Source of the DNA: an uncultured Methanobacteriaceae archaeon
GTDB taxonomy: Archaea > Methanobacteriota > Methanobacteria > Methanobacteriales > Methanobacteriaceae
NCBI GenBank assembly: GCA_963775495.1
Contig: CAVZIM010000009.1
Coordinates: 39,962-103,961 of the forward strand
Length of the DNA: 64,000 nucleotides
Reading direction: 5' to 3'
Positions 1 through 11,211 of this stretch are shown here, piece after piece. Under the pieces are notes generated by a model, which searched no databases, was not told where the DNA came from, and worked only from the letters and a program-made list of their open reading frames with translations. The position numbers were made by a program, and so were the translations under genes. The first letter of the stretch is position 1. The number at the start of each line of letters is the position of its first letter.

Positions 1-198
1 TAATATTTTTATGATAATATTTTGATAATAAAATAATTAGTTTTATGTTTATATATTTTATATAATGGAGAGCTGTTTGATTAGGATTTAAAACATTGTT
101 ATATTGGTTGATACCCCAAATAAATGTCCTAACCGTGTCAAAATAAATTCTTTTAAGTTTAAAAAAAAAATAAGAAATTTCATTAAATAATATTGGAG

Positions 199-1077
199 TT
201 ATTTAGAAGCAAATCCTACTCCTGTTACATTTTCATATGTGTCCGGACTTATTTCTGTGAAAATCTTATTTATTAAATTTTCATCTGGAGCTTTCGATTG
301 AAAATTGGATAAACCCTTTAATGCATAACACAATCCTACAATAGCCATATGCCTTATTTTATAATCATCATCGTTTAATAGCCCGGATAAATGAGATATA
401 CTGCCGTTTTCTTTATATGTCATAGTATAAACCGTTGCCAGTCTATCTATATGAACTTCTTCTGGGACTTCTATTTGGGATAGTTCGTTGTACTGTAGGT
501 TAAAAGATTTGTCTAAATCATTTTGATAATAATCATCCACATCAACCATGTTCATTTGGAAAATATCCAAATCTTTGTCGATAAATAACATGATCTTCAT
601 TAAATTGTACATCATATTATCCCATGATACAGAAAATCTCGAATTAGCAATCTTTGATTTTATCACAGAATTGATCTTAGAAAAAAGACTATAATTGGTG
701 GGGAGATGACTCTTGAAAGAACTGTAATTATCTAATTTAGAAATTATCTGGTCTAAAATTTCTTCACTATAGTCTAATATCTCATATCTATTGAGTTCAC
801 AAGATATTGTGTCCAATGATTCTTCTGCAGATTTCCTTATACTCATTCTCTTATCGCATTTCATTTCATTTAATTCGTTAATAATAAGCTCACGAATAGA
901 TTTATCTCGGATAAGAACGTATAAATTTCCTAGACTTGATGCAACAACTTCTTCTTTATCATGAGAAATAAGGGTATTAATAATCTTCAAAGCATTATTA
1001 AGGTCATTATCTTCAGTTGAGGCAATTAAATCCGTTATAATGCATTTAAAGTCTTCTATATTCTCAGGTGTTCGCAT
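199..1077 (-). CDS. Hypothetical protein with HEAT/PBS-lyase-like repeats
   Basis: 292-aa ORF; segments such as LLNDDDYKIRHMAIVGL and DKRMSIRKSAEESL resemble HEAT repeats. The frame stays open about 36 codons upstream, so the start is uncertain. Confidence 0.6.
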   Translation of the reverse strand: MRTPENIEDFKCIITDLIASTEDNDLNNALKIINTLISHDKEEVVASSLGNLYVLIRDKSIRELIINELNEMKCDKRMSIRKSAEESLDTISCELNRYEILDYSEEILDQIISKLDNYSSFKSHLPTNYSLFSKINSVIKSKIANSRFSVSWDNMMYNLMKIMLFIDKDLDIFQMNMVDVDDYYQNDLDKSFNLQYNELSQIEVPEEVHIDRLATVYTMTYKENGSISHLSGLLNDDDYKIRHMAIVGLCYALKGLSNFQSKAPDENLINKIFTEISPDTYENVTGVGFASK

Positions 1078-1208
1078 TCCAGGAAAAGGTTCATGTACCG
1101 ATTTGTTTAAAAATACGTTACCTAAATAGTTTTCTTCATTAAATTTTCCACCTGTTATTCTAGTTGATATTTTACATCCCCCCAGATTTTAAATTTTTTT
1201 TATACGAA

Positions 1209-1481
1209 TTAGAGTTGATTTTTTTCAAGAATTATCAAACTATTGGCAATAAAATCTAGTGCATCCTTCCTATCCTTGTATGGGACCTGCTTTTTTTGAA
1301 GAAAATTCATTAATTCGGTTATACTCCTAAATGAAATATTTTGATTATTAACATCAATCAATAAAATATCCCTGCTACCTGGTTCTTTTGAAGGAGTAAC
1401 AGTTATAGCAGCCCAGATATTGTTGTTCTTATCTCTAAGATTCTTGCTGAAAGAAAAGTTATTTTCCTCAATATTCATCAT
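1209..1481 (-). CDS. Hypothetical protein (90 aa)
   Basis: ORF with typical composition and an upstream GGGTG SD-like motif; same strand as the downstream gene. Confidence 0.65.
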   Translation of the reverse strand: MMNIEENNFSFSKNLRDKNNNIWAAITVTPSKEPGSRDILLIDVNNQNISFRSITELMNFLQKKQVPYKDRKDALDFIANSLIILEKNQL

Positions 1482-1786
1482 CTTATTGCACCCTAATACA
1501 ACTTAGGACAGCATGATGTATATATTTTTCTATAATAAAAAAAGATCAAACTTAATCAGTACCAACATAAAACTCTCTAATTAAATGGAATAAGCTCAGA
1601 TCATTATATTAATGATAGTTTAAATGCGAATATTAATAATATAAAAATCTAAACATTAGAATATAAAAATAAATATCAAATTGAACTTATCAAGATTTAA
1701 TCCTAATTTAATCTTAATATAGCACCTACAACAATCCTAAATAATAGAATTACAACTTTAAGCACAGAATTATATAAGGAGTTTAT

Positions 1787-3820
1787 ATGCCTGGAATCTA
1801 CAGTACATATGTAATACTACTATTAATTTCAGCAGTTATTACATTATATTTAACATATTACAGCTGGAATAAGCGATCAAATCCTGATGCATTCTATTTT
1901 TCGTTTTTAATGCTGGCGGTTACAATATGGTCCCTTACAAGCGCCTTTGAAATGACATCACCCAGTATTTCAACTAAGATATTCTGGTCACAAATAAGTT
2001 ATCTTGGAATAGTATTTGTTGGACCGCTCTGGATCCTGTTTACACTGAGTTATACAGATTATGGAAAATGGTTAAAAAAGACATTTATTGGCTTGTTAAT
2101 GATAGTACCTATCATCATACTGATTCTTGTCTTGACAAATGGATGGCACGGACTCATATGGCCAACCATAACACCAAGCTCCAGTCAAGTAGGTTCAATT
2201 ATAATATACGGTCATGGTTTAGGATTTTATGTAAATGTAGCCTATTCATATTTCCTTTTGTCTCTAGGACTTTTATTATTGATAAGATGTTTAATTCAAA
2301 GCCCAAAGTTATACCAGAAACAAGTATTCTTGATAATTATTGCTGCTTTAATACCATACATAGCAAATATAATCTATATTGATCAATTGAGTCCTGTTCA
2401 AGGACTAGATCTAACACCATTTGCATTTACATTAACAGGAATTTTGGTTGCATTGAGTATTTTCAGGTATAAAATGCTTGACATTATCCCAGTAGCATAT
2501 AATAATCTATTCAACAAGATGAGTAGTGGTGCAATTGTTATAGATTCCTTAAAACGGATAGTTGAGATCAACCAAGCAGCTCAAAATCTTTTAAAAATTG
2601 ATAAAATATTGATAGGAACATATTTGGAAGAAAATTTACAACAACTGAATCAAATATTTCCCAAAATAAAAAATGAAACATCCACAACAAAAACAGAAAT
2701 AAAAATTACCAACCCTAGGGATATGTGGCTAGATCTGCAGATAACCCCATTACATAAACAAAATTATCAATTATTAGGATGGTTAATCACATTTAGAGAT
2801 ATTAACCCACGGAAAATAGCAGAAAGTTCTTTACAGAAATCTGAAAAGGATTATAGAGATATTGTGGATAATGCACTTGTAGGGGTATATAAAGCAGATC
2901 AAAGTGGTAATATCTTATTTGTAAATGATTCAATAGTTAAAATGTTTGGATACAATTCCAAAGAAGAAATTGAAGATCTTAATATCTCATCATTATACAA
3001 AAATCTTGATGACAGAAATATTGTACTTGAGAATTTGAATAATTATGGAAAATTAGAGGAATATGAAGTAGAAATGGTTAAAAAGAATGGTGATATCCTT
3101 AATATCCTAGCTAGTACAACCAAAAATGGTGAAACCATTTCAGGTATGATAATGGATATTACTGATAAAAGGAAAGCAGAAAACGAGATTAAAAGGTCTC
3201 TAAAGGTCAAAGATATGCTTCTAAAAGAGATTCATCACAGAGTTAAAAATAATTTAATGGTTATTTCAAGTCTTTTAAGTCTCCAATCAAGTTATATAAA
3301 AGATGAAGCATCTAAAAGTGTTTTTAGAGACAGTCAGAATCGTGCCAGATCAATGGCCCTTATACACGAACTACTTTATCAGTCGAACGATCTTAAAAGC
3401 ATAAACTTTGGAAGTTATATTAATAAATTAACCAATGAACTCTACAGCATTTATGTAACAGATTCTAACATGATAAAATTAGATATGGATATTGATGATG
3501 TAATGATTGATATTAACACTGCCATACCTCTGGGACTTATTGTTAATGAATTGGTCTCAAATTCGATGAAACATGCATTTCCAAACAATAAGGACGGAAA
3601 AATTGATATAAAACTTAAGTTGTCCGATGGTAATTATTCTATGATAATTTCAGATAATGGTGTAGGATTCCCCAAAGATTATAATATCCAAAATAGTAAT
3701 TCATTAGGTCTAAAAATTGTAAATAGCTTAACAGAACAGATTGATGGGGAAATTAAAATCGAAGGAATTAATGGTACTACATTTATAATAAATTTTAAAG
3801 AAGAAAATTATAGCAACTGA
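1787..3820 (+). CDS. Sensor histidine kinase: N-terminal 7TM domain, two PAS domains, HisKA_2 + HATPase_c
   Basis: Seven hydrophobic segments (W...Y.GIVF.GPLW, DLTPFAF); H-box [11 protein letters not shown]; N-box [11 protein letters not shown]; DNGVG G1 box; AAGGAG SD. Confidence 0.92.
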   Translation: MPGIYSTYVILLLISAVITLYLTYYSWNKRSNPDAFYFSFLMLAVTIWSLTSAFEMTSPSISTKIFWSQISYLGIVFVGPLWILFTLSYTDYGKWLKKTFIGLLMIVPIIILILVLTNGWHGLIWPTITPSSSQVGSIIIYGHGLGFYVNVAYSYFLLSLGLLLLIRCLIQSPKLYQKQVFLIIIAALIPYIANIIYIDQLSPVQGLDLTPFAFTLTGILVALSIFRYKMLDIIPVAYNNLFNKMSSGAIVIDSLKRIVEINQAAQNLLKIDKILIGTYLEENLQQLNQIFPKIKNETSTTKTEIKITNPRDMWLDLQITPLHKQNYQLLGWLITFRDINPRKIAESSLQKSEKDYRDIVDNALVGVYKADQSGNILFVNDSIVKMFGYNSKEEIEDLNISSLYKNLDDRNIVLENLNNYGKLEEYEVEMVKKNGDILNILASTTKNGETISGMIMDITDKRKAENEIKRSLKVKDMLLKEIHHRVKNNLMVISSLLSLQSSYIKDEASKSVFRDSQNRARSMALIHELLYQSNDLKSINFGSYINKLTNELYSIYVTDSNMIKLDMDIDDVMIDINTAIPLGLIVNELVSNSMKHAFPNNKDGKIDIKLKLSDGNYSMIISDNGVGFPKDYNIQNSNSLGLKIVNSLTEQIDGEIKIEGINGTTFIINFKEENYSN

Positions 3821-4081
3821 TTATTTGAACACCCTACAAAATCACAATAGAGTTTGAACCATCCAGTAAATATGGTATAAACATTGAACTCTTACAATTA
3901 TATAATTTGGATAAAAAAATTATCTTGTCGGCATTTTAATCACGCCTTAATCTTATTAATAAACCTGATTTTAAAGGAGGATAACAGATTTTAATAGTAC
4001 CATAGTAAGGAATAGAATTAAAGCTTCCTAAAGTATTATAAGAGTGGATTGAATATTAGAAAGATCTCCAAAAGGAGGTAT

Positions 4082-4540
4082 TCACTGATCATACAATGTA
4101 TCGTTGATCTCATTTTTAATATCAGATTTCACGTTACTAAATGAAGCATTGTGTATTAAAATATCTTCATCAGATAGATTACCTGAGAAAAGAATTTTTT
4201 TTGTGTTAGACAATTTGGTTAAAGTATCATTTGTAAGTTCACTATTCGTTATGACTGCATTTAATTGTTTATTCCTTTCTTGACTTGATATTAATCCTTC
4301 AGAGTATTTTTCATTGATACTGGATATTTGGGATTCATATAGGCTATTGAAATAATTAAACAAAACATTATTTTGAATGTTGATTGAATTAAGTATTGTA
4401 ATATTCTCTTCTTGATCAAAGTTCATAATGCTCCCACTGTAATTAGACGAGTTATAATGAGTCGAATATATAACTGATACAGCAATTATTAGCACAATAA
4501 TACATAATAACAACAGGTTTTTAATGTTCTTGTAATTCAT
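4082..4540 (-). CDS. Hypothetical membrane-anchored or exported protein
   Basis: 152 aa; N-terminal hydrophobic helix; many N-x-S/T sequons. Confidence 0.6.
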   Translation of the reverse strand: MNYKNIKNLLLLCIIVLIIAVSVIYSTHYNSSNYSGSIMNFDQEENITILNSINIQNNVLFNYFNSLYESQISSINEKYSEGLISSQERNKQLNAVITNSELTNDTLTKLSNTKKILFSGNLSDEDILIHNASFSNVKSDIKNEINDTLYDQ

Positions 4541-4791
4541 TAGATTTCCATTGTACCATATTATAATTATATTTAATGGATAGATGAATGTTTAACATGA
4601 TAAATTTTTTTTGTAGGTGTCTAAAAATCTATATTTATCGTTAATTTTATTATAAAATTTTTTTTTCATTTATTATTGGATTTATCTAAGATTCGTCAAC
4701 AAAAATATAAAAATAATTTTAATGTATTGATTAAAAAAATCATAAATTTTTAATCATTTTCTACAAAACTTTTATATATCGGTTTAGTAGA

Positions 4792-4886
4792 ATATCAAGT
4801 ATTAAATATCAAATGCTTGATATAATTTATGAAATTTATCTTTTATTTTAAGTAAAAAGATTATTTATCCAGTATTTGATATCAAA
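4792..4886. promoter_or_regulatory. Candidate PadR operator: ATATCAA-N4-TTGATAT palindrome plus extra half-sites downstream of a TTTATATA TATA box
   Basis: Perfect 7-4-7 inverted repeat at 4806-4823; extra ATATCAA at 4792; TTTGATATCAAA palindrome at 4875-4886; TATA at 4771-4778. Confidence 0.5.
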
Positions 4887-4925
4887 ATAATGATATTAAT
4901 CAAGTGGATGATATGGAGGTAAAGT

Positions 4926-5474
4926 ATGAGACATATGGGAATGGGACTTTCAGGAGATCATTGGCAAGATATTCATAGGAATTTTCATGAAAGTCTTGAA
5001 GATATGCAACAATTAGGGGGTTTAAGAATGTGGATTCTCCATGTCCTGGATGAAGAAGGACCTAAAAATGGTGTCGAAATTATGGACGCTGTCCAAGTTC
5101 ACACCGAACGATCAGATCGTGTAAATAGAGACCCGCATGGAATACCAAGAAATACAAGGCCACTACCAGGTTCAATATATCCTATGCTAAAAAAAATGGT
5201 TTCAGAAGATCTGATAATCAAAAGACATGATGGAAGATATGAATTAACAAAAAATGGACAAGAACTTAACTCCAAATTATTAGGACGTTTTAAAGGAGTA
5301 TTTAACGGTGATGATCGAAGATCATGGGATATAAAAAATGTATTAACAGAAATTGACAGCTATGTATCCTATCTGGAAGATATTAAAACAGAAAAGTTAG
5401 CCCCTCACAAAGAGCAAATGGAAAGCATTAGTAAACGAATAATAGAGTTAAACAAATCTTTAATTAACGAATAA
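4926..5474 (+). CDS. PadR-family transcriptional regulator
   Basis: LRMWILHVL..., PGSIYPMLKKM and GRYELT winged-helix motifs; GGAGGT SD. Confidence 0.88.
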   Translation: MRHMGMGLSGDHWQDIHRNFHESLEDMQQLGGLRMWILHVLDEEGPKNGVEIMDAVQVHTERSDRVNRDPHGIPRNTRPLPGSIYPMLKKMVSEDLIIKRHDGRYELTKNGQELNSKLLGRFKGVFNGDDRRSWDIKNVLTEIDSYVSYLEDIKTEKLAPHKEQMESISKRIIELNKSLINE

Positions 5475-5699
5475 ATCTGTTTCAATCCGATCTAATAATA
5501 ATTAAATGATAAAATAACTGAATAAAAAAAGAATTCCGAGTTTTTACTGGACTATTATTATTGTTTTATGTTTAAGTTAGCTCATGCTTTGGATTTTTTT
5601 TGCTTAGAACGTATTTCAAATAAAATAAAAGGTGAAAAATAATGAATCAAAAAAATTACATTCCAATAAAAAATCGTGGAAAAGATGGTGGTGAAGGAT

Positions 5700-7397
5700 T
5701 TGGAATATAAATGGACAGCATTAACAGTTGTTATAATTGCATCAATAGTTGCAATGATAAATATGACCATAGTGCTTATTTCTTTGCCAGCAATCTTTAA
5801 CGGTATCAACATTGACCCACTAAATTCATTCCAATATCTTCTATGGATTTTAATGGGTTATGGACTCGTAGTCGCTACTTTACTTTTAAGTTTTGGCAGG
5901 CTGTCAGACATGTATGGACGTATAAAGATGTTCAGATTAGGGTTTATAATTTTTACAGTAGGATCTGTACTACTATTTTTAACTCCATCAACTGGCCATG
6001 CTGGTGCTTTAGAAATTATAATTTTTAGATTGATCCAAGCAGTTAGAGCAGCATTCTTCATGGCCAACAGCGCTGCAATAATCAGAGATGCATTCCCTCC
6101 AAATGAAATGGGAAAAGCATTAGGAATGAATATGGCAGCATTAAGCTCAGCACAATTCATTGGTTTAGTTTTAGGAGGCATATTAGCTGTATTCAACTGG
6201 AGATATATATTCCTTATAAGCGTACCATTCGGATTTATTGGCACCATATGGTCATTTAAACTCAAAGAAATATCCATTAAAGCTGTAAAAACTAAACTTG
6301 ACATATGGGGAAACCTAACATTTGTTTCAGGTATTACTATCCTACTTATAGGGGTTACCTATGGATTAATGCCATACGGAACTAATCCAATGGGATGGAG
6401 CAACCCATGGGTTATAACATCAATGATATCCGGATTACTATTGTTAATTCTATTCCCATTTGTTGAAAACAGGGTTGAATCACCTATGTTTAATTTCAGC
6501 TTATTTAAAATCAAAATGTTTACATATTCCAACTCAGCAGGTTTGTTGATGGGACTTGCTCGTGGAGGTATGATGTTCATGCTTATTTTAATGTTACAGG
6601 GCATTTGGCTGCCGTTACATGGATATAGTTATGAATCCACACCATTTTGGGCTGGAATTTATATGGTACCCTTAATATTAGGAACAGCAATTATGGGTCC
6701 AATTTCAGGAATCTTATCAGATAAATATGGACCAAGATGGATAGCTACCGGTGGAATGTTAATAAGTGCAATAGGTTTCGTGTTGTTAGCTTTACTTCCA
6801 TATAATTTTGACTACCTGGAATTTGGTTTAATATTGTTCCTACTTGGTAGTTCATTTGGAATGTTCGGTTCTCCAAACAACTCATCTATAATGAATTCGG
6901 TTCCACCACAAGATAGGGGTGTTGCAAGCGGTATGATGTTTACAATTATGAACACATCTATGATTGCAAGTATGGCCATATTTTTTACCATATTAATTGT
7001 AGGGATAACACAAAGATTCCCAGATGCAATGGTTACATCACTGACAAGTATAGGTGCTATTCATTTAGCTCCAATCCTGAGTAATATTCCACCTGCTGGA
7101 GCATTATTTTCGGCATTATTAGGATCAAATCCAGTTAATGCAATGCTGACTAACCTGCCACCAGCAGTTGTTTCAACCATTCCACAATCAACTCTTAATA
7201 CAATAACTGAAACAACATGGTTCCCAATTACATTTGCAAATTCATTTATACCGGCACTAAAAACATCATTCATCATAGGGGCCGTATTCTGTGTTGTGGC
7301 AGCTATATTATCTTCACTTCGGGGAGAAAAATATATATACGAATATGAAGTTCTTAAACCAGATACAGAAATCGATATAAAAAAAACAAGAATCTGA
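5700..7397 (+). CDS. MFS transporter, DHA2 (14-TMS) drug:H+ antiporter type
   Basis: Motif [10 protein letters not shown]; about 14 hydrophobic helices. Start refined to TTG 5700 behind a GGTGGTGA SD (track start 5676). Confidence 0.9.
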   Translation: MEYKWTALTVVIIASIVAMINMTIVLISLPAIFNGINIDPLNSFQYLLWILMGYGLVVATLLLSFGRLSDMYGRIKMFRLGFIIFTVGSVLLFLTPSTGHAGALEIIIFRLIQAVRAAFFMANSAAIIRDAFPPNEMGKALGMNMAALSSAQFIGLVLGGILAVFNWRYIFLISVPFGFIGTIWSFKLKEISIKAVKTKLDIWGNLTFVSGITILLIGVTYGLMPYGTNPMGWSNPWVITSMISGLLLLILFPFVENRVESPMFNFSLFKIKMFTYSNSAGLLMGLARGGMMFMLILMLQGIWLPLHGYSYESTPFWAGIYMVPLILGTAIMGPISGILSDKYGPRWIATGGMLISAIGFVLLALLPYNFDYLEFGLILFLLGSSFGMFGSPNNSSIMNSVPPQDRGVASGMMFTIMNTSMIASMAIFFTILIVGITQRFPDAMVTSLTSIGAIHLAPILSNIPPAGALFSALLGSNPVNAMLTNLPPAVVSTIPQSTLNTITETTWFPITFANSFIPALKTSFIIGAVFCVVAAILSSLRGEKYIYEYEVLKPDTEIDIKKTRI

Positions 7398-7631
7398 AGT
7401 AAAAATGAAATCTAAATAAAAGAAATGCGGTTTAATCAAATAAAAATCATAATAAGGAGGTTAAAAACAGTCCCCCAACAAAAATAGGTATTTTAGAATA
7501 TAAGAATCTTCAATTAAATAAAAAAAATTATTCATATTTTTTTAAATATTTTTTTTAAATTAAGTCACACATCTTTATTTCCAACCAATAAATTTTGATA
7601 TTTTATAAAAAATTTAAAAAAAATAATAAAT

Positions 7632-8078
7632 TTAGGATATTACCGAAACATGTACTTTTGCGTCTCTCACAACCTTATCAGTTGTTCGACCCAATAGTAA
7701 TGATTCTAGTCCATGTTTACCAGATTTTCCCATTATTACCTGATCTACATTTTCCTCATCAATGGTTTTTAAAATAATATCTGCGGGTTTACCTTCTTTA
7801 ATAACAGTTTTAAATTGAATATTCTTACAAACACCGTTACACTGACTTTCTTCTAAATTCTTTTTAAAATCTTCAACTGCCTTAATTCCATCGGCTCTTA
7901 ACTCATCATCTAAATTTTTTCTAACATCCGGTTGTGGTACTGCATCTAAATAATGAGTATCTATTACATTTAAAACAATAATTTCTGCACCACTAACATC
8001 TGCAAGTGATATAGCATATTCACCAGCTCTTTTCGCATTTTTAGAACCATCAGTAGGTAATAATATTTTTTTAAGCAT
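7632..8078 (-). CDS. Universal stress protein (UspA family)
   Basis: [10 protein letters not shown] and [22 protein letters not shown] motifs; start refined to ATG 8078 with a GGAGG SD. Confidence 0.93.
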   Translation of the reverse strand: MLKKILLPTDGSKNAKRAGEYAISLADVSGAEIIVLNVIDTHYLDAVPQPDVRKNLDDELRADGIKAVEDFKKNLEESQCNGVCKNIQFKTVIKEGKPADIILKTIDEENVDQVIMGKSGKHGLESLLLGRTTDKVVRDAKVHVSVIS

Positions 8079-8349
8079 ATAAAATTCCTCCAAAGAAATA
8101 ATTACAATTCTTTCATAAACATATAATTTCAGAATATAATAATAAAAGTACAATTAACTATATTATAGTACAGTTTATTTATTTATATCGATTTATCTTT
8201 TTTAATACTCTCAAGTCGTCATTCCTATTATATCCAAAAAAAATACGAGTAAAAATTTAACACAATAATTTAACATATTTATAAAAGTAATTAGATGATT
8301 TAAACCGATTAGTAAAATATTAGCAAAATGATTACGGGGTGGTTGATTA

Positions 8350-10809
8350 TCACTGTTGAATACCTTCTTTTACAATAAACTTTTTGAAATAACCATGTTC
8401 TAGTATTTTGTAGAAGTATATTTTCATCTGGTCTTCTATAACGAATGCCACAAGTGAGTAACCCCAAACTAAAGCTGCTAATCCCCATCCAATAGGTGTC
8501 AAGAATACTCCAAATACCACCAATAGTGTTGCAAATATATCGGTTAAAATTACAGACCAGAAGAAGATGCCACTTGGCTTAACAGACCAGAAATGACCAG
8601 TATTACGGGTAACAAACATGGTTAAATGGCCAGCAACGACTAACTTTAAAAATATTAAAGATTGTAATACACCCGTATCTAAGTGTAAAACCACCTTCCC
8701 TATATAAAATAATAAGAGCGATGATACAACACCTAAAATCCCTAACAGTGTTGCCATTCCAATAACTTGATACATATCCCATTTTTGGGGTTTGTTAACC
8801 TTTTCAGTTCTATCATATGCAATGGTCATCACTGGAATGTCATCAAGAAGAGCTATGAAAACTAACATCAGGGCTGTAACAGGATAAAAATTAAATAGCA
8901 ATATGACCATTGCAACAAAGACTAAAATACGTATGGTTTCAGCCACCCTGTATATAGAGTAACTTCTCATACGATGAAATATTTTATAACTTTCTTTTAT
9001 TGCATTTATTATAACAGAAAGACCTGGAATGGTAAGTACGATATCTGCAGCAGATTTAGCTGCGTCTGTTGCTTGATATAATGCTATTCCAGCATCTGCT
9101 TTTTTTAATGCAGGTGCATCGTTAACACCATCACCGGTCATTCCAACAATTTTTCCCCTATTTTGAAGAATTTCTAGAATACGATATTTATGCTCCGGAA
9201 AAACTTCTGCAAATCCACTAGCCTTTTCAACTACTTTAAAAGCTTCATCTTCGGGAAGATCTAAAAATGATGATGGTAGCATAATATTGGTACTTAAATC
9301 CAGTTCCTTGGCTATTTGCTTAGCAATGGCTATATGATCTCCTGTTATCATCTTTACATCTATACCCATTGATTTTGCATCTGCAATAGTCCTTTTTGAA
9401 CTCTTCTTTGGTGGATCATAAAGTGCAATTAATCCCAAGAACTGCCATTCATTATTAGAATCTGTTTTAGCTACTCCCAAAGATCTGTAACCCTTTGTTG
9501 CAAAATGATCCACATTTCTTTCGACTTTAGTTTTAAGTATATCATGATCATTAAGGAGGGATAAAATGACTTGTGGTGCCCCCTTTGAGACTTTGAATCT
9601 AGAGTTGTTGTACTCTATTTCGCTTTCTGTGCTTTTGCGTATCGGATCAAATGGATTAAATTTAAGTATTTTATAATCTGAAGTATTTAACGATAAATCC
9701 TTTGAAGATTCAATTTTATCCAGTATAGCCTTATCTAAAGGGTCTTGTTCCAATCTTAACGATGCTAATCCTGCGTAAAATATTACTTCATTTTCTTTAA
9801 ATCCATTATATGCTTCTATTTCTGCTATGGAAATTTCATTTTTTGTTAAAGTACCTGTCTTATCTGAAAATAGCACTTCCATACCAGCTAATTCCTCTAT
9901 GGCTGTGAGTTTACTTACTATGGCTTTTTTCTTTGCCATTGCCATTGCACCAACTGTGAGTGTTACCGATAGAACAGCTGGTTGTGCAACGGGTATAGAT
10001 GCTATGGTTAAAACCAGTGCAAACCCTAAAATATCAAAAAAGCTTTCATGGCGAATCAAGCCGGCGACGAATATTAAAGAAACCATAATAAGATCCAATA
10101 TTATTAAATAGTCCCCGATTGTTATAACAGCCCGCTGAAGATGGCTTTTTGGGCTTAGACCCGAGACCAAACCCGCAGCTTTGCCAAAATAAGTATTCAT
10201 TCCGGTTGCAAATACAACCCCATTCATTTGGCCCTTTTGTATTATAGATCCCGAATATATTATATCATCTATAGTCTTATCAACAGGTAGTGATTCTCCA
10301 GTAAGTGATGACTCATCTACTGTTACATAGCCTCCTTCAGTTAGTTTAATATCTGCAGGAACTATATCTCCAAGATGAACCTTAACAATGTCACCAGCTA
10401 CAATATTTTTAGAAGGGATATTAGACCATTTACCTCCCCTCAAAACTCGAGCTTTATAAGCAAGTTTCTCCTTTAACAATTCTATTGCATTATCTGCTCT
10501 ACTTTCTTGAAAGAATCCTACAAGCCCGTTTATTAAAAGCAACAATAAAATTATACCAAATTCTGGCCAGTGTTGTATTAAAAGTGATATTATAAGTGCA
10601 AATTCAATCATCCACGGGATGGGTCCCCAAAAATAGCCTAAAAATTTCCTGAGATGATTTTGTTGACCCTCAGAAATTTCATTTATTCCGTATTTAAGTC
10701 TTGTTTTTGCATCTTCTTCAGAAAGTCCCTTAAGATCAGATGATAATCTATCCAATAGTTCAGAAGTTGAAATTTTCTTTACTTCTTCTACACTGATCTC
10801 CAAATCCAT
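8350..10809 (-). CDS. Plasma-membrane proton-efflux P-type ATPase (type IIIA)
   Basis: TGES, phosphorylation site DKTGTLT, KGAPQ, TGD, GDGVNDAPALKKAD; ASIPVA in TM4; IALLDD in TM6. Confidence 0.93.
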   Translation of the reverse strand: MDLEISVEEVKKISTSELLDRLSSDLKGLSEEDAKTRLKYGINEISEGQQNHLRKFLGYFWGPIPWMIEFALIISLLIQHWPEFGIILLLLLINGLVGFFQESRADNAIELLKEKLAYKARVLRGGKWSNIPSKNIVAGDIVKVHLGDIVPADIKLTEGGYVTVDESSLTGESLPVDKTIDDIIYSGSIIQKGQMNGVVFATGMNTYFGKAAGLVSGLSPKSHLQRAVITIGDYLIILDLIMVSLIFVAGLIRHESFFDILGFALVLTIASIPVAQPAVLSVTLTVGAMAMAKKKAIVSKLTAIEELAGMEVLFSDKTGTLTKNEISIAEIEAYNGFKENEVIFYAGLASLRLEQDPLDKAILDKIESSKDLSLNTSDYKILKFNPFDPIRKSTESEIEYNNSRFKVSKGAPQVILSLLNDHDILKTKVERNVDHFATKGYRSLGVAKTDSNNEWQFLGLIALYDPPKKSSKRTIADAKSMGIDVKMITGDHIAIAKQIAKELDLSTNIMLPSSFLDLPEDEAFKVVEKASGFAEVFPEHKYRILEILQNRGKIVGMTGDGVNDAPALKKADAGIALYQATDAAKSAADIVLTIPGLSVIINAIKESYKIFHRMRSYSIYRVAETIRILVFVAMVILLFNFYPVTALMLVFIALLDDIPVMTIAYDRTEKVNKPQKWDMYQVIGMATLLGILGVVSSLLLFYIGKVVLHLDTGVLQSLIFLKLVVAGHLTMFVTRNTGHFWSVKPSGIFFWSVILTDIFATLLVVFGVFLTPIGWGLAALVWGYSLVAFVIEDQMKIYFYKILEHGYFKKFIVKEGIQQ

Positions 10810-10955
10810 GAATAATATATGGTTTTAAGTATTTTAAATCTATTTATTTAATTTATAAAAAAAATAAATTAGGATTCATAAATGGAGTAATAGATAAAGG
10901 TCAAACATATGTTTAGGAATTCAATGATTTTATTATTCCAATAAAACTATTTATA

Positions 10956-11102
10956 TCACAGAAAAGAACCAGTACGAACTACAGCACCTATTACAACAAC
11001 AATAATTAAAAAAATTATAATACCCAATAAGATAAGAGGGTTACTCCCACGTGGTATTTCCTCTTCAGAGATGTCCTCATTTTTTAATTCTTTATCATCC
11101 AT
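10956..11102 (-). CDS. Unannotated 48-aa single-TM microprotein (MDDKELKNEDISEEEIPRGSNPLILLGIIIFLIIVVVIGAVVRTGSFL)
   Basis: Hand-translated ATG 11102 to TGA 10956; acidic N-terminus plus one C-terminal hydrophobic helix; below the ORF-track length cutoff. Confidence 0.65.
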   Translation of the reverse strand: MDDKELKNEDISEEEIPRGSNPLILLGIIIFLIIVVVIGAVVRTGSFL

Positions 11103-11211
11103 GATTATAATTTACTTTTTGTTAAATTAAAGTTTTTGGATATTATATCGTGGAAAATTAATTTATTTTTCGATTTATGAAAATATTTCAAAATAAAAAT
11201 AATTATTTTTA

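Noticed and set aside
3825-3889. TTGAAC recurring at 3825, 3854 and 3884 (29-30-bp period), superficially like a CRISPR repeat end
   Set aside because: Only 6 bp are shared, the rest does not align, there is no repeat-spacer structure and no cas gene is nearby.
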